Below are positions 16,246-30,976 of a stretch of DNA of 64,000 nt, piece by piece; position 1 is the first letter of the stretch, and every line of letters starts with the position of its first letter. The notes beneath the pieces are model-generated. The model was not told the origin of the DNA. It ran no database searches and worked only from the letters and a program-made list of their open reading frames with translations. The translations under genes were made by a program, and so were the position numbers. The stretch lies in NCBI RefSeq assembly GCF_009914755.1, contig NC_060930.1; one strand, 5' to 3'. The DNA comes from the human T2T-CHM13v2.0 reference genome, Homo sapiens.

Positions 16246-16913
16246 AAGTGAGATGTTACGCTGCTGACAGCATCGCTTGCCTTATGTGAATTCATGACTT
16301 CAGACTACCTGCACGACATGTTTTTCCCCTTTAAAAAGAGAAAAAGTGTGGTACTTTTAGAAGTATGAAGGAAAAACCCAAGCTGAATGTGGATAACTAA
16401 CTCTTAGGATCTTTATAATATTTTAATCTAAAATCAATGAGTTCCTCCTTTTTAAGAGTTTTATAAATTTATGTCACAGTAAAATAAGAATGAGAATGTT
16501 ACAAGAATGTTGAATATAATGTAATTATGGTAGGATAAGGAAATAGGTAGTAAGGAGCATGATTTTTCTCTCACTCATTGTCCATCCCTCCAACGACCCT
16601 CCTTGCTTTCGGGCTCAGAGAAGTAGGTCCCTTTTTGGCCCACTTGGAGATCACGAAAACTTTGCTGGCAAACAAAAGGGGCAACGTCTTAATTTTCAAT
16701 CCTTAATTTAAAATGGAAAGAGTTACGAAGCAGACAAATGTGACTGAGGGGAAAAAAATTGTCTGTTCTTTCTGCCTTCTCTAGGCAAATATGAGCAAGG
16801 AAGAAAGGAAGAGAAAAGTTGAAATGTTAGGTGCAAGTGTGGGGAGCTCTATACCTCAAGCCTCCTTCCACAGGTGGATGGAGAGTTGAGGAAGGGCACC
16901 TCACAAACATATC

Positions 16914-17231
16914 TGTCTTAGCTCTGGCTACTATAACAAAGTACCATAGACAGAGTAGCTTATAGACAACAGACATTTATTCCTCACAGTTCTGGAAGCT
17001 GGAAGTCAAGATCAGGATGCCAGCATGGTCGAGTTCTGGCAAAGGCCCTCTTCCAGACTGCAGACTGGTAGAAAGAGACAGACATCTCTGGGGTCCTTTT
17101 TATAAGGACACTAATCCTATTCATGAGAGCTTCACCCTCAGGACCTCATTTCCTTCCAAGCTTCCACCATCACATTAGGGGTTAGGATTTCAACATATGA
17201 ATTTATGAACATAAACATTCAGTCCATAACA
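16914..17231 (-). mobile_element. MLT1A-like MaLR solo LTR
   Basis: tgtcttag...ctcacagttctggaagctggaagtc...aaacattcagtccataaca. Confidence 0.8.
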
Positions 17232-19149
17232 ATATCTATCTCTTCAAGTATCTTCTTTCTCTTTGCCCCCTTTCATTTTGGTGATCTAAGAGTAACCTGT
17301 GTCTTCTGTTCTAGGATGTTACCAGCTTCCCAGAGAAATCACCCACCCCACTCAGTTGGCATGGCCAATAAAGTCAGAACATAGCACTACAGTAGGGAGG
17401 AGAGGATTGGAGAAAGGCTTCTTGGCCCTAGTGTGGGTCTTACAATTAGATAAAGTATCGTATTAGATGGCTATGTGACGGGCGTTCCCCACTGGAAATC
17501 TGAATCCGTGGCTTCATCTCAGCCAAATCTCAGCTGCAGAGTTGAGTAAGCTTCCCAAGACCATCCCTGCCCTTGAAAGGTGGAGGTTCATAACCTGTGC
17601 TGAGAACCTGGCAGGATGAACCAAGGCTAAGAAGTCAACACATTTCCATTCACCACCATGGCAGCATTGTGAGAAAGGCAAGAAGCGAACATCTTGAAAT
17701 GACTGAGTTTAAAACTGGGAATGGCTAAAAAATCCCTTAGCTTACCTGATATGATGAGACTAATTTTCTACATCAAGTTAAAAAAAATGAGTAGGCTTCA
17801 AGTTAGAAATTAATGTTAGCATTTGAAAGTGAAAGAAGTTTCACCTGCATGCTGCAAGCTTTGTGCCTGCTGCTATAATAATGTTTCAAACAGGCTGTAT
17901 GGGGGATCTCTGTCCTTCTCCCTCATTTGCTCCTGGATAATCATTTGGCTGCCACTGAAGCAGCGATCTGAGTTGTGCGGCAGCCAAGAAAATCTCAGAT
18001 CCTGTGTTTGCTAATTGGACGTAGCAATTCATGCTCAGGGGCAACCAGTAAAATGGGCTTCACTCTGCCAGAATTGTTTTGGCTTGCATTTTTGGGTTAG
18101 TCACACTCCCAGTTCTCTGACCCCTGAAGTATCTTCCTGGCCAATAGCATCCCGATTCTCCACCCAGACATAGGGAATGCTCATTGCACTATATCTGGAG
18201 ATGCCAAGGCCTTCTGTGGAAGATGAGGGTTTGCAGTTGGACAGAGCTTTTGTATTTTTCTGAAACTTGTTCACTTTAGAATAGAGTTAATATGATAATC
18301 AATTCACAAGAAACTAGAAGTCATAAACATTAGACAATAATATTCTGGCATATATTTCCACTTTAGAGATAATATAAATCATAGCTTGCAAGTCAAATTA
18401 GTGAGAGAAACAGGTGGCTCAACGATAAGACTTTAGGTTTAATTAACTAAAATTAAATAACCTTTAGTTATGAAATTACAAAATGGAGGTCCAGATGATC
18501 ACCTGTGCCTGACCTGTGCAGTGGATGCTTAGATTATTAAAGGATGTTTGGGAAAATGAGAAAACAATTACATTGGATCTTCAAATTACTCCTGAAGATT
18601 TACAATTTTTCTCTCTATATAAAGTTTGAAGTAGAGAACATTACCATAAAGAGAAAATTACTCTAGTTATTTAGAACTTTAAATAAGTCAGTTCTTCAAA
18701 TCAAACATTTATTCAAAGCTCTTTGATTTGAAGGGTATTTATAGTTTTCCTAATTAGGGTATAACAACTAACAAAGTTTACATTTTGATTACTTTTCAAT
18801 AGGACTTTTTTGGCATTTACTGTTTGATTTCTACAGCATGTCTTACTTTCCTCCATTTTACAAAGAGATATGTGTAAATGGAGGGGTTAAATTACGTGGT
18901 AGGTGCTATGTTGGCTACACTGGAGCTAAAAGGAACTCCTGCCTTCTGGTCCAGAGTCTACTGATTCATTTTTCCTCGATCAACTGTCCTCTGCCTCAGG
19001 GATGCCACAGAGAAGAAAACCAAGTCCTTTACACATAAACGTATGGTGCCTTAGGTAGTGGTTAGAGCTAAGGGGAAAAATAAGTACAGGCAGGGGGACT
19101 GGGGTGAACATGGGAAGTGCCTATGTGTGTGTGTTGGGGGAAGGGAAAT

Positions 19150-19506
19150 TGTATTAGTCTGTTCTTATGCTGCTAATAAAGACAAACCCAAGACAGGGTA
19201 ATTTATAAAGAAAAGAGGTTTAATGGACTCACCATTCCACATGGCTGGGGAGGCCTCACAATTATGGCAGAAGGCAAAGGAGAAGCAAAGCCACGTCTTT
19301 TATGGTGGAAGGCAAGCGAGCTTGTGTAGGGTAACTCCCATTTATAAAACCATCAGATCTCGTGGGATTTATTCACTACAACAAGAACAGTATGGAGAAA
19401 ACCCACCCCCATGATTTAATTATCTCCACCTGGCTCCACCCTTGACACGTGGGGATTATTACAATTCAAAGTGAGATTTGGGTGGGGGCACAGCCAAACC
19501 ATATCA
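19150..19506 (-). mobile_element. THE1 (THE1A-like) MaLR solo LTR
   Basis: tgtattagtctgttct...cagccaaaccatatca with 5-bp TSD GAAAT. Confidence 0.92.
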
Positions 19507-19667
19507 GAAATTACTCCTAGTTTATGAGAAAAAGTCAAGGAGTGCTATATTGATGAGGTGACATCAATGTCAGTTTCTCACATCACCAATTTGTCACAAA
19601 TGGTCAAGGACGAGAAGAAAATGTGGAAATGGATCCTGCAAATATCTAGGGGAAGAGAAGTATAGGC

Positions 19668-19885
19668 CAGGGATTATCCAGCCCACTACCTGTTTTTGTA
19701 AATAAAGTTTCACTGGAACACAGCCAAGCACAGTTGTTTACATATTATCTACGGCTGTATTTGCACAGTTTGTGCAACACTGGCACTGTTGCAATGTGGT
19801 TGCAACTTGGGCTGTATGTGGCCCCCAAAACTGAAAATATTTACTATCTAGCTCATTAAAGAAAAGGTTTGCTTACTACTGGTTT
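19668..19885. mobile_element. MER58A-like DNA transposon fossil
   Basis: cctgtttttgtaaataaagtttcactggaacacagcc...aaaatatttactatct. Confidence 0.75.
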
Positions 19886-19889
19886 ACAC

Positions 19890-20945
19890 AGAGGCAATAA
19901 CAAATGCAAAGCCCCGAGGCTGCTTGATATCATCAAGGAACAGCAAGAAAGCAAGTGTGGCTATGTTGGGATGGGCAAGGGGAGAGGGAGAGTAGGTAAG
20001 GACAGAGTAGAGAGTGGGGACTGGATCCTATAGCACCTTTATAGGCCATTGTAAAGAACTTTGACTTTTACTTAGAGGGAGATAAGGATGCTGAGTACAG
20101 AACTGACATGACATATTTTAACTTCAGCACTCTCTTTAGAGTAGATGACATGGTTCTAGGGATGGTGGCTCAGGCCTGTAATCTCAGCCCTTTGGGAGAC
20201 TTGAGGCCATGAGCTTGCACAACATAGAGAGACCTCATCTCTAGAGAAAATATAAAAATTAGCTGTGGTGGTGCATGTCTGTAGTCCCAGCTACTCAGGA
20301 GACTGAGGCAGGAGGATTGCTTAAACCCAGGTGTTCAAAGTTGCAATGAGATATAATCACACCACTGCACTCTAGAGTGAGACCCTGTCTCAAATTTAAA
20401 AAACAACAACAACAAAAACTTGACTAGGTGAAAGGGGGTTTGTTTAACATATACTGCAATCACCCATATGAAAAATGATTCTGGCCTGAACCAAAGTATG
20501 AGGGTGGAGACTGTGAGAACTTGTTGAATTCTGAAAATATTGTAAGGATAGAGCTAACAGGATTTGCCAATGGACTTAAAATAGAGGTATGTGTGTGATG
20601 GCCAGGGGTGAGAGGTGAGGAGAGCAGGTGATCAGAGGTTACTGATGTGAGCCTGAACATCTGAGAGGGTAGAATCACCATTAACAGACATAGGAAGATT
20701 TTGGGAGGTGTAAGGTATAGATTGAAGTTGGAAGTGAAGAATTTAGTTTGGACATTAAATTTTACATGGCTTTTGGATATAAGCTTCTTATATAAATGAA
20801 AAGCATACACAAATAAAATCTGGAGTTCAGGGAAGAAGTTTGAAGTAAACATACAAATTTGGGAGTCATCAATGTTTAGATAATATTTAAGTCATCTTAA
20901 TATCTTAAGTCACCTAGAGAATGGTTATAGACGTTAAAGAGAATG
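19890..20945 (-). mobile_element. L2 LINE fragment containing a degraded AluJ (about 20150-20410, +)
   Basis: Purine-rich L2 motifs (tttggacattaaatttta, tggagttcagggaagaagt, tttgggagtcatca) with the AluJ body in the middle. Confidence 0.65.
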
Positions 20946-21107
20946 ATTTTATTAGTTATCACTTAATACATGTGACAATTTTGAGCTAGGAACTAAAGTT
21001 TGCTATGTAATCTTACAACACTTTACTTAGGTATTTGTATGCTCATTTTACACACGAGGAAATGAAAAGTGTGAAGTGACTTGTCTGACTCTACTTAGCT
21101 AGCGAAA

Positions 21108-22106
21108 TGTTAGAGGAGGCAGTAGGCAGACATGAGCAGAGCGGGAGAGGTCCCCCCGACCCAACCTTCCTTCCAGGAATGTCAGGTAATGGGCAGGCAA
21201 ATTGTTAAACTGTCTCGCTAAAATAATAATTGATTGCAGCTAGTGCTAAGGAAAGGCCATGTCCCAACAGATAGAAAACACCTGAAGATGGTGATCAGCA
21301 GCTTCCCAGTAAGATCTCAGGAGTTGGTTGAGTGGGCTCAAACATGCACACTAAGAGGCAAAATAGCAGTGTTTAAGTGGTCTATGGTATATGACGTTCC
21401 TTTAGGAACACTGAATGGTAAGGGAAAAACATCTCAGATGAGCCTGTGCACAACTTCAGTAAACACACTGAGCACGCTCACCTCCCAAGTGCTGGCAGGC
21501 CACTGTGCACGCGGACAGCCTGCCTCAGGGAAAAATCAAGAGAGGGGAGATGCAAAAGCCCAGAACCATATCAACATGTAAAAGCTCAAGTCAAAGGTCA
21601 AACCGGGCACCTGGATCTCTCAAGTTGCCTGTATGGCCCTCTTCAGATTGTTCTTTACTTCCTTTTATTCCTACTCTAAAACTTCTTTTTTTTTTTTTTT
21701 GAGACGGAGTCTCACTCTGTTGCCCAGGCTGGAGTGCAGTGGTGCAATCTCGGCTCACTGCAACCTCCGCCTCCCAGGTTGAAGCGATTCTACTGTCTCA
21801 GCCTCCTGAGTAGCTGGAATTACAGGCACGCCCCATCATGCCTGGCTAATTTTTGTATTTTTAGTAGAGACGAGGTTTCACCATGTTGGCCAGGCTGGTC
21901 TCGAACTCCTGACCTCAGGTGATCCGCCCACCTCGGCCTCCCAAAGTGCTGAGATAGCCACCATACTTGGCCCAAAACTTCTTGATGAACTCCTGCTCAA
22001 AAGCTTCCCTCGGTCTATCTGTTTTATGCCCCTCAGTTGAATTCTTTCCTCTGAAGAGGCAAGAACCGAGCTGCTGCAGACACATACAGGCTCACCACTG
22101 CTAACA
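21108..22106 (+). mobile_element. MER50-type ERV1 solo LTR, interrupted by an Alu
   Basis: tgttagaggaggcagtaggcagacatgagcag...ccactgctaaca, TG...CA ends. Confidence 0.8.
21687..21973 (-). mobile_element. AluSx-like inside the LTR
   Basis: Reverse Alu with TSD aaaacttctt. Confidence 0.95.
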
Positions 22107-24127
22107 ACAGGATCTAGGTATGTCTGCCTTAGCGGTCTGAGACCTCACTGTTATGTCATGACATAAGAAATAGAAATACAAAAGACTGAGCATCAGTAGC
22201 AAATATTTGAATAGTTGAACAAAAAAACAAATACTGAAGTAGGTAGCACATTGACACCAATATTGTCACCGGGTGGGTACCTCTCCTCTATGTCTCAATT
22301 GCAGTGAGACACCTCTTTAAGGAAACCACTAGACTGGTAAACTATGATAATGTTCTCATGGAACTTCCTCCTCAATTTCCTGAATTTAACAAACCCTCTC
22401 ATCATGAATAAGCAGAACATTTCTAGCTTAAGAGGCAGCCACTGCCTAGGAATTTATGTATCAATGATATGCACATTTTAGGCAAACTACAGATTACTAA
22501 ATTTGGATGCTCTTGTAGGTCACTGGACACATCCTATATTAAGTTAGAAAAAACAAACTTCATGACTGAAAAGTAAATATGAATCATTTGAAATAATACA
22601 GGGCAGAGAATGTGACTCATTGATAGATGTAACCCACAGTGTCACTAAAATCTTCACGGTGTTTCCTTTACCCTCACAAATCTATTGGCCCTAATCAAAA
22701 ATGTTTTTGGTTGACTGATAGTCTCAAACTACTTTGTTTTCACTTTCTTCTCAAAAGTGCAGTCATATCCAGCTGCTAAAAAATGATGTGAAGCAAAGAA
22801 ACAGCCTGGTATCCCTTTTCTTTTTCTTCCTATAGTCTTGGAATGAAAGGATCATTTCTTATTTCATCACAACAAAAATGGAAAGAGGCATGGCACTCCA
22901 TGCTGAAGGGTGAATAGTGACTATCTTGTATGCAAATGTGAAAACCCCCATTTACTTTAATTATGAAGCCACACCTTGAGGTTATACTGTCATTACGGTT
23001 ATGAGGAAACCAAGGAAGGGAAGTTGTACTGGGGGCCTGTTGAACAAGGAGATTAAGTCTTGGTACAAATATTTGGGTCATGCTGACCTGGATGAAATTT
23101 AGTGGGAGTAGTTAGAGGTTCTGAATGAGTGACAAGGGATTGAATGATTTCAGGGAACTGCCTCCTCCACCCGCCACGTTTTCCAACCCTAAGAGTTCTA
23201 TCCTTGGAGGCCCATGCTCTGGGACCAAGTACCGTGGTGATGAGTATATGCCCAGTGGGAGAGTGTTTCTACAGAGTGTGAAATGAGACAGAGTAATTAT
23301 CCTCAGGAGAATAAAAACATGCCTTTGACATTGGGTTTGTCTTACCTTTCGGGGATTCTGCTTCCCTACCACTAAATTGCCATCCCATTGGTTACCAAAA
23401 CCAAGTTGAATCATGTTTGTATTCCCCACAACATCCAGCAAGATACCTGTCACATAGTAGGCCCACAGTTAATGTTTGTGGGATGAAATACTAATGCTCA
23501 CCCTGCTGGCAGGTAAACAAACACTAAGATTCAGACTTTTGATCCTCTATCTTGGAAAATGCACTAACACTATTACCTTCCATCCCTCCCTTGCTTTATA
23601 GACTTTAATCATTTTGTGTCCCCAACATCACGATTATTTTTTTCTCTCGATTTATTTATGGGCCAGGAATAGATTGGAACTAAAATACCAAAGTGTAAGT
23701 AGTTACATTGCTTGTCCTTCCTTTGTAAAGAATATTCGTTCTTTGTGCTTCTGACCTATTCACCATTTTTTCCCTTCCTGATTAGCTAAGGCTATCAGCT
23801 GAGTGTCAGGGAGAAGGGAGTATATAGTGCTACATAAGAAAATATATAGAACAGAACAGTCTAGGAGGTGAGATGAGGGGGTATTTGGAGAGAGCAAGTA
23901 AGCCATCCAGCAAAGGCTGGGCTTTCTGAGGAGAGAGGGACATGGGGGTGGCGGGGGAGTATTTGAAAAACTGCCCTGAGCTGGGGTAGAAGGTGGTGGG
24001 GAAGCTGATAAAAGGGTGAAGAGAACTCAGAGGATGTTTTTCTATGCTAAGTGTTTTATCTTCCTTCAAAAGTGGCCTTAACAGATTAAAACAATATCTA
24101 AATTGTTTTCCAAGTCTTTGGAGCTAG

Positions 24128-24130
<3 letters not shown>

Positions 24131-24174
<44 letters not shown>
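24131..24174. repeat. (TG)22 microsatellite
   Basis: Read directly. Confidence 0.95.
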
Positions 24175-24179
<5 letters not shown>

Positions 24180-25156
24180 ATGAAAGAGAGAAAGAGAGAG
24201 AGTATGCTGAGAATTAAAAGGCCCAGTTTTATTTGGGGTAGAGTCCATATTTTTTATATTCATTTTACTAACATTTTGGTTTACTAACATTTTGGTTAAC
24301 TAACATGTTACCAGGTAATTTAATGGAGATTTTGCATTTAAAAAATTGCATTCCTAAAGGAACTTAGTTTGTGCCATTGGTCATAGAATCAGGAACAGTG
24401 TGATGGCTACTAAAGGTGGAATTGGGACTAGGGAAGTGTGAAAATAGAATAATAGAATGCCATAAAAAAAGAGCAGCTGATGCGGAAGCCTAAAGGTAGT
24501 TAGGAGGCCAGAAATTTACCCCAAAGTGGAAGCTGTTTGACCCGGGCTGGGGGAAGCAGGTACTCCAGTTTTAGGTCTGCAGGTACATTATCTTTGGACC
24601 AAGTGTGTAGTGTTTCCTACAAACACATTTTAAAAAATCCATTCTGAGTTTAAAGCTAGATACCTAGTCCTGCTTGGAGGAACTCCATCCCATGGATACA
24701 GACTGTGCTTTCCTACCTTCTGCAAAAAACTTCTAAGAGTTAATTAGCATCCTTTGCATGTTTTCATTGTTAGTATTAATATGATTCTCTTGGCTCTGAT
24801 GGGTCTTTAGAGAAAGTGTTCCCACCCTCCTTATGTTAAGGTTTTTGTTTTGGTCCTTTTTGATTTCTTATGTGGTAATCTTTAGGGTTGACCAGAAAGA
24901 AAAGAGTTTGCATCTAAATGTTCCACAGTTCAGTGACTAAGAGGGGTGACACAGCCCCAGAGCCTACGATGGCAGGCACTGTTACATCGGTCTCAATTAA
25001 CACTGTCTCACTGGGCTGCCCTGTCAGGCAACTCTCTCTGAGGGGAAAAAGCAGACAGTTTTCTATTAGTATGTTGGTGTTTAGTTACTGACCTATTTTT
25101 CAGATGAAGAGTACTACTTTGCGTGCTGCATAGTTTTTAATTAAAAAAAAAAAGAT

Positions 25157-25425
<269 letters not shown>

Positions 25426-26171
25426 TCAGAATCACACTTGGTGTGCTTGGCCTGCCCTTTGAGAATACTTTTTAGAAGTAATATGATATACGATTAGTCG
25501 CTGTCTATATATAAATATATATATAGGTGCGAATCCAGGGGTGGAATGCGGGATGCAGTGGAAGGAGGCAGTGAAGGTGAGGAAGGAACAAAATATTAAC
25601 TTACACTGCTGTTTCAAGCTTATTTCATTACCACAGTATATTAGCTGTGAGTAATTCCATAAGGAACAAGCTTTATTGCTTGCTCTTTAGTCCACAAATC
25701 AAATTTTAATGAGTTATTTGAAAAGAAAAGCAAACCCTTTGGGAAAAGTTTAGCAAAATGTTCAATGTATTTACAATAATATTCAAATCCTAAAATATTA
25801 AAATTAAGACTAGTGGGAGCATTATTTCTTACCTCAGATACTCTTCCCATTTTAGAAATACCATTCCCATTGTAGAAACAGCACTTGAAATATATGAAGA
25901 TGTATCAAGCAATTTCTGATTGCCTGATCAGGGTCTAGGTTTTTAGAATTTGACGTTATTTTTCACTCATATTATATATTAATGCCTACTAATTTACATT
26001 TAACTGTACATTTGGTTCTATTAGTTTTGTTTTGCACTTCTGGAATTTTCTCTTCACTCGGACTTTCTGACCCTTGTCTAGACATTTTCGTCTATAGTTT
26101 AATTACACCCTTACAAATAATATTAAATATTAAATTACAGAGGTAATCTCTGCAATAGTCAAGGCTCACTA

Positions 26172-26745
<574 letters not shown>

Positions 26746-28859
26746 TCATAATATAGTGGATTGCTAGTTCCCAGATGAGTCTTGTGCATTTAGCTAATGA
26801 TATTTGTTGAGTCCACTGAGGAACAAATGGTAACCAGAAATTAGTCAGGAGTCACAATTGTGGAAATGAAATTGTAGTACCACACTTTGAAGTGCTCAGG
26901 CCAAAACTCGAGGCATCATATTTACCTCTCCTGTCTCTGATACCCCCATACCATCAGCAAATCCGTTTGGCTCTACCATTAAAATATAACCCCGAATCTA
27001 ACCCCCTGTGCACTACAATCACTTTTAACCATTCTGGTCCAAGCCACCAACCCCTTGCTGGATTATTGCAGCCATCTCTTCACTGTAGGAAGAACTGACA
27101 GTAGAAGGTAAAAATGGCGAGTGACAGATGGCTGCAATGATCTCTACTTTCTTTTACAATTAGATGCAAGTTGTATCTAAACTGCTATCAGAATATTTGA
27201 TTGCAAAAACCAGAAATATAACCAAACTACTTAACGCAAAGAAGGAAAGAATGTCTCAAGTTTCCATAAAGCATAAGATTCGGGAACCAGAAAGTCAGAA
27301 ATCAAGATTCTACTCTCGACCTCCTTGGGTCACTGGTGGTCATTCTCTGTCATCTCTGTGTCTGCTCCATCCTCCCGAGTTCTGTCTAAGAATGGGTACA
27401 CTCAGCTGTGGTGTGTAGGAAATAAAACACACTACCTAGCCCTAGGACAACATGGCTTCCTCCTCATTCAGATTAATTTGTAATTTTGTAATCCAGTTCC
27501 AAATTCCCAGAAGATTATCTCTTGGCTTGCCTTATTTCTGGTTTCAGTCTCAGATCCTAGTGGTTTGGACCAGGAAACAAGGGGACCTGATTAAAATAGA
27601 GTTGCCCAGGCCCGTCATTTAGCAGGGGCTAGGGAACTCATTCAGAAAAGGTGGCTTGAACTAGACAAACCAACTAATTAACATCTGTGCTGCAATTTCC
27701 AAATAATTTAAATTCAATAGTCTATTAAACTATGTAGTGAATTAATTATTGTCATGCACACAGCCTTCAGGACTCAATAAACTGAAACTAAGTCAATAAA
27801 AATGAATGCTAGCAAGTGAGGTAGATTTGTTCTACTTTCCAGAAAGCTTTTGCCATTAAATAATTTCTCATTAAAATGTTTATTTTCAGTTTCTGCCTTC
27901 TCCATCTCAATCAGCATCCAGCTTACCTTTGCGATCTGTACCAGGTCCTGCATTAGTCTGGTAACCTTTAAACTGGATAATGAGGACTGATAGATTCAGA
28001 AATGTTATGAATTCTTGGTCTTTAGTCTTCTGCACCTGTCAATTTCATATGCTAACATTCTTTTAGTGTATGTGTAGTTTCGTTTTCTTAAAAAGTTGTC
28101 TTATTATTTTCATTGTGTTGGCAGAATATTTTTTAGTGCCACCTTGACTCAGCTAAATGTAAGATATATATTTATAATTTGTCAGTAGTATACTATTACA
28201 TCATCACCTTATGGTCCATTCTTCAAACAGGTAAGAAATAATTTCATTCAGGAGAATGTCACCTAAAGGCAGAAGCTATTGAATTGCTTGAAATCAACAT
28301 ACTTACTCATTCATTCAAATAAAACAAATAAACACAACTTTTCTGAGAAATTATGATGGGTAAAATTCTCTGTTTTGTGCTCAATTTAAAAATGAATAAT
28401 ATAGATTATTTAGTTTAATGTATTTAATTCTAAACTTAAAATGTTTAATTCCAAATAAAATTCTCAAAATTTCAGTTCTAATTTGAAAAAACAAATTGAT
28501 TAATTCTAACTGACTTATAAGAATTACTGTGAGTTTGAGGATCGATTATTTTACCTTTGCTATAATAAAGGTCGTTATTTTGGGCCATTGTTGGTTTTGG
28601 CCATTTGGATTTTCGGATAAGTCCCCGTGTCTCTGAGCACAGAGGATGGACTGCAAGTTCACAAAGGTAGGCTATATCCATCTTAAATTCCAGGTATTCA
28701 CTAAGAACTGAAATTTTGAGAATGTCAGAATGAGTTCATAACCTGATGGAAAAGATAGAGTATAGAAATAAAAACAAACATTCTAGAGTCAGAAGTAGGA
28801 AACTGGCTTAAATTGGTGACTCTTTGAAGTCCCCTTTACCTCAAGGACCCTGATAGAAT

Positions 28860-29110
28860 AGGAAACTGACATTTTTGAGTGTCTACAGAGTACTAAGCAA
28901 TGCAGTACAAACTTTTCATATTCTTTCTTTTCCCCCTCCAGTTCATGCTCATAAATTTCTAAGAAGGTGGTATTAATCTCATTTTAAACCTGAGGAATCT
29001 GATCCCTAGAAAAATTTAAAATTTGCCCAAGATTACACATATTACCATGGCCTGGACTGAAGTTCATGGCTGGCTGACAACAAAGCCTATATTTTCCCAC
29101 TACACCACAA
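28860..29110 (-). mobile_element. MIR SINE
   Basis: gtattaatctcattttaaacctgaggaatctga...tttgcccaagattacac. Confidence 0.7.
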
Positions 29111-29759
29111 AGCCTCTCAACAAGAAGTTGTCTTTTTTTTCTAGAAAGTTTTATAATCCAATGATGAAAAATTATCCAATAGATTTATTTTAGACCTAGG
29201 TAAGTAAAAAGGCAGATCATACAATTCTATGGGGTTGTGATCTGTCTGTTTTGCAATTTCCCCCTGTGGAATCACATGTACTTTTAAAAAGCTCTCAAGG
29301 TAATTCTGAGGCTCTCTTCCCCATTGTCTTCCAATGGTCTTTGCCTCCTGTTCGCTAGGTCTGCTCCTCCTTATCCGGCATGATCTATGGTGGGCGTCAC
29401 CATGTCCAAGCCTTCCTGGCCAGTTAAGTGGCCCTCTGCCGTCCTCCTTCATTATTCCATCATTGGACTCATCACATCGTTTTACAATTACTATTTATGT
29501 TAAAAGTCGTCTCCGTTAGACCGTAGTGAGCTTGCTGAAAGCAAGGATTGCATTTTCGTTTCTTTAGTACCTAGCACACCGCCTGACAACAAAATGTTAG
29601 AGAACTAAATTAATAAAAAATTCAGAGCCACTTGGAAATAGTTTAGGAATGTCCTCACATTTGTTTTCTTGGTCGTTGCACCCAGCGAATCAACTAATTC
29701 AATAAATATTAAACGACAAATCAAAATTTTGTAGGTTCCAAATGCAAGACATCGTCCTG

Positions 29760-30000
29760 GGATGCGGAAGCTGCAGAGTGGACTACATTTCCCGAAATCC
29801 CTGGGCCCAGTCGTAGTTGGTTCGCTGACTGCTTTTGAATGCTGGTTAACTCAACCAATAGGGTGACGAGAATTTCCCTAAAGGAGAGGGAGCCGACCTC
29901 ACAAAGAAGAGGGCGGGTGCTTCTGACAGGTTTGGAACTTAAAAAAACCCTTTGTGGCGGTTCCGTGGCTTTTCCGCAGACCAGAGCGCGCGAGGAGTCA
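29760..30000. promoter_or_regulatory. Second promoter-like motif cluster upstream of the CpG island
   Basis: CGGAAG (ETS) at about 29765. ACTACATTTCCCG (ZNF143/THAP11-type ACTAYRNNNCCCR) at 29782-29794. CCAAT at 29855, TGACG at about 29864, GGGCGG at 29911. Locally retained CpGs. Confidence 0.6.
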
Positions 30001-30976
30001 TTCGCTAGGAACCTGTCCCCCTCTCCCCGAATTAGGATTAGTCTTCCTGCACTTCCTTCCTTCCTTACGTCTTTCCTATTTCCACATCCTTCCTAATCAA
30101 GTACCTGTGCTTCCGTCCACCTGTCCTGTTGAACGCACTCTCCGGGGGGTTTCCCCGGCACAATCTCTTGTCTGTCTTTTCCAACTTGAGCCAGGCATTT
30201 GTCTCCAAGCATTCACGCGAGATGGGCAGTGCGGCCTCGGAAAGATCTGAGCAAAAACTTCATCCTATCCCCCTTTCCCCGTTCTAGAGTGAAGCTCCCA
30301 GGGCATTACTGAGTGGCTCATCAGCGTCAGGGCAGATTGAAGGTTCTGAAAAATAGTGGCAGCGCGGCGTTTCCTGCCACCCGCGCTCCTCCCCGGCGAG
30401 GGGCTGGGTGCGGGGTAGTGTCATCGGCCCGGGCTGACACCGGCCCTGGAGCCGTTCCCCGCTGGCAGCCTCTTCCATCCCAGCAGCTAACTGCTAAGAC
30501 CAGACACGTTCCACCAACAGTAACAGCTGTAGGAAAGAACCCGTTTTTTCCCGTCTAGGTTTCTCTCCTTTTCCTAGTACCTAAGTCCATCATCCTCCTG
30601 CCACTGACATATCGTTGTCTAGACGCTCTTTTTCAAAACTCAAATCCAATCAAACAAAAACAACGCCCGTCAATAAAGCAAGAAAAATAATACTGCAGCC
30701 AGCGGCCAGGAGCGTGCACCCCATTAACGGCGAGAAAGCATCAACCCCTGCTGTAATGACTGAATTGGAAAGAAAGGTTTCCTGCTGCTTGTTAGTCGTC
30801 AACATTTTTACTATGCCAGCTGCAAGAGAAGCAGCTGCATACTCTGGCAACTCGACTGGGGTGGGAGAAATTTAGCCAGCGTCTGGGATTTTCGCAGAAG
30901 ATAATTTAAGCCCCAGCTTCGCTCGGGCTGGGGGGCTGGGGGCCTGCTGGGCCAGGGTGGGGGAACCGGGCTGCGG

